20,000 nucleotides of DNA, taken from the IMG/VR virus record IMGVR_UViG_3300046796_000566, one strand, 5' to 3'. Below, piece after piece: positions 16,993-20,000 of this stretch. Made by a program: the position numbers and the translations under genes. Positions within the stretch are counted from its first letter, which is position 1. Every line of letters begins with the position of its first letter. The notes below the pieces were generated by a model, which was not told the origin of the DNA, did no database searches, and saw nothing but the letters and a program-made list of their open reading frames with translations. This DNA comes from an uncultured virus (IMG/VR IMGVR_UViG_3300046796_000566). Lineage: Duplodnaviria > Heunggongvirae > Uroviricota > Caudoviricetes.

Positions 16993-17109
16993 CTACTTGC
17001 CCTTGAACCCCTTCTTCGGCGCGTTCATTGGAGTGACAACCATGCCGCCGTTTTTCCCTCCGCCCATGAATCCCTTGCCTGCGCCTTTGCCCTTCATTCC
17101 CTTTGCCAT
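16993..17109 (-). CDS. Tiny Lys/Gly/Met-rich basic protein, 38 aa
   Basis: Below the track cut-off. MAKGMKGKGAGKGFMGGGKNGGMVVTPMNAPKKGFKGK*. Starts 2 nt after the upstream stop, with AAAGGG upstream. Confidence 0.7.
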   Translation of the reverse strand: MAKGMKGKGAGKGFMGGGKNGGMVVTPMNAPKKGFKGK

Positions 17110-17111
17110 TT

Positions 17112-17297
17112 CTATCCCTTTCTAAAGCTCTTGCCGGACGATCCATATTTGGACTGTCCGGATTCCTTGAGACTGATGGCAATCGCCTGCTTTCGCGATT
17201 TCACCAGCGGTCCATTCTTTGAGCCGGAATGCAACGAGCCCACTTTGAACTTGTGCATCTCAGTCTCCATTCCTGCCTTCCCCGGAGCGACTGGCAT
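17112..17297 (-). CDS. DUF6496-like small basic protein, 61 aa
   Basis: EMHKFKVGSLHSGSKNGPLVKSRKQAIAISLKESG matches my recollection of the DUF6496 consensus. TGATG coupling to the upstream gene. Confidence 0.75.
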   Translation of the reverse strand: MPVAPGKAGMETEMHKFKVGSLHSGSKNGPLVKSRKQAIAISLKESGQSKYGSSGKSFRKG

Positions 17298-17482
17298 CAG
17301 TGTCTCGCTTTCGATGCGGCAAGTGCGAATCGCGCCTTCTTGCCCATCTTGCCCGGAGCACTTGCTTTTTCACGGGCAAACGACTGTGTCGACTCTCCGG
17401 CCTTCTTCGCAGCGCGGCTGAAGGATCCGACTGTCCCCTTCTCCTTCATCTCCTCCGCCGCTTTTTGCATCCACTTCGCCAT
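17297..17482 (-). CDS. Small Lys/Ala-rich basic protein, 61 aa
   Basis: MAKWMQKAAEEMKEKGTVGSFSRAAKKAG...GKMGKKARFALAASKARH. Starts 6 nt after the upstream stop and is coupled to the next gene. Confidence 0.75.
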   Translation of the reverse strand: MAKWMQKAAEEMKEKGTVGSFSRAAKKAGESTQSFAREKASAPGKMGKKARFALAASKARH

Positions 17483-17488
17483 AAGGCC

Positions 17489-17788
17489 TCACTGCGTATA
17501 CAAAATGTGGAACTTGTTGTTCTGGGTTCCAATGATATACGTGCTGGCAAGATTGATTCCGGCATTCCCAACGGCTCGAATGATGACCGGAGTCACCGAT
17601 GTCGCAACGATGGTTTGCCCGTAATCGGTGGAGCTCACTGTAGGCCCGCCGACATAGGCCGCCGCGCCTCCCGCCTCTCCCTGAATCTGCAGCTCCCAAC
17701 AATTGATCGTCGGTGTCGATCCAGACTGCGGCACAATAGGCTGAGCTGCTGCGCTGGAGAGAGTGACTGTTACGTGATGCACCGCCAT
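17489..17788 (-). CDS. Small beta-sandwich-like virion protein (~99 aa; alternative GTG start at 17806)
   Basis: Alternating beta pattern (WELQIQGEAGGAAAYVGG; INLASTYIIG; KFHILYT). Fits the operon. Confidence 0.7.
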   Translation of the reverse strand: MAVHHVTVTLSSAAAQPIVPQSGSTPTINCWELQIQGEAGGAAAYVGGPTVSSTDYGQTIVATSVTPVIIRAVGNAGINLASTYIIGTQNNKFHILYTQ

Positions 17789-17816
17789 GGTCAGTACCTG
17801 TAGCACGCGATGTGCA

Positions 17817-17996
17817 TTATGTAAATATTTTCTTCAGCCACAATACGATTCGCAGCCAGATCGGTCGCTGGAGCAGGAGCTCGCGATAGATCATGTCGAG
17901 ACTGACTTGCCGTTCTCCGTTCGAGCGTTCGTCAAACTCCATCAGGTATCCTCCCAGATTGGTCCTGGTTCCATCGCCCAGCTCAAAGATCTTCAT
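17817..17996 (-). CDS. Hypothetical protein, 59 aa, amphipathic C-terminus
   Basis: Below the track cut-off. ATGA overlap with the upstream stop. MKIFELGDGTRTNLGGYLMEFDERSNGERQVSLDMIYRELLLQRPIWLRIVLWLKKIFT*. Fills the gap between its neighbours. Confidence 0.6.
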   Translation of the reverse strand: MKIFELGDGTRTNLGGYLMEFDERSNGERQVSLDMIYRELLLQRPIWLRIVLWLKKIFT

Positions 17997-18346
17997 CGCA
18001 CCACCGTCACGCGGACACCATCTCCAGGATTGACCGGCAGGACCCAGAATGTTTTGGCATCAAACGCGGCGGCCTTGCTGGGATCGCCAATGGTCCATGT
18101 CGGTCGGCTCGCTGGAGAAGCATTGGGCGCAGGGATCTCGGCCAGCACATGCTTTGTCAGGTCCGGGGTTTCACGGTCCACGATGTAGACGCTGGCCGTA
18201 TTGGCTGCCAGCACCTGGAATTGCAGCGCCTGGCAGGAATAGGTGTCGGTCGGCTGCTGGTTGAGAAGCGCCACGGCATTATTGGTTGCACGAAGCGCCG
18301 TTGTAGACGATCCCGGTTGAACATTCCCCAGAGCATGTTGTGCCAT
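17993..18346 (-). CDS. Small beta-sandwich-like virion protein, 117 aa
   Basis: TAATG coupling to the repeat-protein gene. Beta pattern CQALQFQVLAANTASVYIV...FDAKTFWV...GDGVRVTVVR. Confidence 0.75.
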   Translation of the reverse strand: MAQHALGNVQPGSSTTALRATNNAVALLNQQPTDTYSCQALQFQVLAANTASVYIVDRETPDLTKHVLAEIPAPNASPASRPTWTIGDPSKAAAFDAKTFWVLPVNPGDGVRVTVVR

Positions 18347-19935
18347 TAAGTAATCCCCATCGATGAATCGAGTATGACCGACTCTTCTTGTACACCAAGA
18401 GACTGGATCTCTCCAATGAAATGCTTCTTATGACCATGCCCCGGAGGTGGAGGCGGCGGGAATCCCAGCACGATCATGTTCGACATCACCGTCACGGGCG
18501 CGGCATAAATCCGTAGTACCGGGTTCTGCCAGTCATCCTGATGATACGGCTTCGGGTTTGGCAGGTTGACCAGGTTCGTCGTGTTGAGATGGTCATACTG
18601 CGGATTCTGCCGAGCCCGCTTCGGGTTCGGCCAGTCGTTCTGGAAGAACGGGGCAGGCGGAAGCAGTATTGCCAGCGTGTTCGGGAATTCAAATGTTGGG
18701 ACCTGCGGCAGTTTGCGCCTTGCCTGGGAGCTGGTCAGGGCAATACGCGTGACATACTCGACCGGCGCAAGTGTGGACTCGAGAAGACTCGACGGGTTAT
18801 CCGACTCGCGGAACCTGGAGTTGAGGCGCGGGTTCGGCCAGTCGTCCTGATGGAATGGCGGCTGTACCGGTGGCGTCGATAGTGTCGACGTCAGCAGGTT
18901 TGGAGCTGGAGCATCCTGCGTCCGTGGCCGAGGAACAATGCGCGTGATATTCAGGACGCGGAAGATGTTGGTCGTATCGGGAGGCGTTGGTGGAACCAGC
19001 GTGGTCTCCAGCAGGTTGACCGGATTGAATGCCTCGCGGAACGAGGACGACCGTACCGGGTTCGGCCAGTCGATCTGTGGGAATGGACCGGCAAACGGCG
19101 GCACCGAGAGTGTCGAAGCCAGCAGGTTCGGGACAGTCTGGTCCTGCGGCTGGATTCGAACAATCCTCTTGGTGTGCTGGACTTCATTGAACAGGTAGTC
19201 GACCGCCAGCGTGGTCTCCAGCAGATTCGCAGCCGATGGTTCTATTGATTGGCGGATACGAACTATCGGGTTCGGCCAGTCATCCTGATGGAACGGAGCC
19301 TGCGTCGACAACGTCGATACCAGAAGATTCGGAACAGTCTGGTCCTGCGGCTGGATGGGACGAACAACCTTCGTGACGTTGAGCTCACGGAAGATGTTGG
19401 TGGTATCCGGAGCAATCGATGACAGTGTCGATGTCAGCAGGTTCGGGACGAGCTCATCCCTTCGCTGGATGGAACGGACTGGAATCTCAGCGCTGGCCTT
19501 GCCCGGCGGAATCTGCGGGGCTAAGGTCGTGATTGATAGATTCGGAATCGGGTCGATGATGCGCTGGTGGACGCGCCGAACCGGGACTGTCAGTTCCTGC
19601 TTGCCTTGTGGGATCAGTGGCGCGAATAGGGTTTTCTGCAGGCTTTGATCCGGATCGATGAATCGTGTCAACTTGGCGCGAGGAACTTCCGCCAACAACT
19701 GCTTTCCGGGTGGCTGCAAGACCGCATAGAGCGTTAGCCGCAGGTTCTGCGGAATGTCGGTCTGCGTAACACGGCGAATGACCGGATTCGGGAACGTGAA
19801 TGGCTTAAATGGAGGCTGGACCGGACCCGATAGCGTTGAAGTGAGAAGGTTGATCGCGACGAATGCCGCCAGCGCGGCAGCGCTTGATGGCGGAGTGGGC
19901 TTGACGTGTTGTGGGGGTGAGAAAATATCGGCCAT
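18346..19935 (-). CDS. Pro-rich tandem-motif repeat protein, 529 aa, function unknown
   Basis: Long ORF with about 13-14 degenerate ~33-38 aa units anchored on NLLxxTL, and recurrent PF(H)QxDWPNP motifs. Confidence 0.85.
   Translation of the reverse strand: MADIFSPPQHVKPTPPSSAAALAAFVAINLLTSTLSGPVQPPFKPFTFPNPVIRRVTQTDIPQNLRLTLYAVLQPPGKQLLAEVPRAKLTRFIDPDQSLQKTLFAPLIPQGKQELTVPVRRVHQRIIDPIPNLSITTLAPQIPPGKASAEIPVRSIQRRDELVPNLLTSTLSSIAPDTTNIFRELNVTKVVRPIQPQDQTVPNLLVSTLSTQAPFHQDDWPNPIVRIRQSIEPSAANLLETTLAVDYLFNEVQHTKRIVRIQPQDQTVPNLLASTLSVPPFAGPFPQIDWPNPVRSSSFREAFNPVNLLETTLVPPTPPDTTNIFRVLNITRIVPRPRTQDAPAPNLLTSTLSTPPVQPPFHQDDWPNPRLNSRFRESDNPSSLLESTLAPVEYVTRIALTSSQARRKLPQVPTFEFPNTLAILLPPAPFFQNDWPNPKRARQNPQYDHLNTTNLVNLPNPKPYHQDDWQNPVLRIYAAPVTVMSNMIVLGFPPPPPPGHGHKKHFIGEIQSLGVQEESVILDSSMGIT
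18521..19281. repeat. Coding direct repeats GGGTTCGGCCAGTC (encoding DWPNP)
   Basis: Exact copies at 18623, 18830, 19058 and 19268, and a one-mismatch copy at 18521. Spacings of 102, 207, 228 and 210 nt are all multiples of 3. Confidence 0.85.
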
Positions 19936-19937
19936 GA

Positions 19938-20000
19938 TCAGTTCTCAGGCACTGGCAGCGGGACTCCGCCGCCAATGCCCGCTGGCCGAGGGGTTAAACG
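19938..20000 (-). CDS. 3' end of an upstream gene (partial)
   Basis: Open frame RLTPRPAGIGGGVPLPVPEN* ending 2 nt before the next ATG. Confidence 0.5.
   Translation of the reverse strand, partial: RLTPRPAGIGGGVPLPVPEN

Larger units (their letters stand above)
1..20000 (-). mobile_element. Tailed phage/prophage virion morphogenesis module (podovirus-like)
   Basis: Gene order scaffold, capsid, decoration, adaptors, nozzle, fibre, GNAT, ejection proteins. All genes are co-oriented and coupled. No tube, sheath or tape measure gene is seen. Confidence 0.9.

Noticed and set aside
16925..17182. 85-aa minus-strand ORF in the track
   Set aside because: It overlaps the DUF6496-like gene and runs into the hairpin. 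The 38-aa ORF in another frame fits the spacing and RBS better.
18521..19281. Regularly spaced 14-bp repeats as a possible CRISPR array
   Set aside because: The repeats are too short, spacings of 102-228 nt are all in frame, variation follows codon structure, and no cas genes are present. They encode DWPNP.
18346..19935. Repeat protein as a multi-core RiPP precursor
   Set aside because: No modifying enzyme, protease or transporter in the window, no consistent cleavage motif, and the context is virion structural genes.
1..20000. Alternative genetic code (stop reassignment)
   Set aside because: The standard code gives near-complete coding density, and TAA, TGA and TAG all end genes at sensible junctions.

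Overview
The window is a tightly packed, single-strand (minus) virion morphogenesis operon of a tailed dsDNA phage or prophage with a podovirus-like layout. Read right to left it contains: a 529-aa Pro-rich tandem-motif protein, two small beta-rich proteins, a cluster of tiny Lys-rich proteins (one DUF6496-like), a structured intergenic region, a scaffold-like protein, the major capsid protein, a decoration-like protein, two head-tail adaptor (ring)-like proteins, a mini-fibre, a 1206-aa nozzle-like protein, a collar/His-x-His tail fibre, a degenerate GNAT-fold protein and three ejection-like proteins, the last running off the left edge. No portal, terminase, tape measure, sheath, integrase, RNA gene or CRISPR array is visible. 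Four ORFs absent from the supplied track were read by hand (<1..2095, 16993..17109, 17817..17996, 19938..>20000). All product calls rest on motif recognition and gene order; no database search was run. The most unusual elements are the repeat protein with its adjacent small beta proteins, an apparently nested (adaptor-inside-adaptor) ring protein, and a strand-specific RNA structure in front of the head genes.
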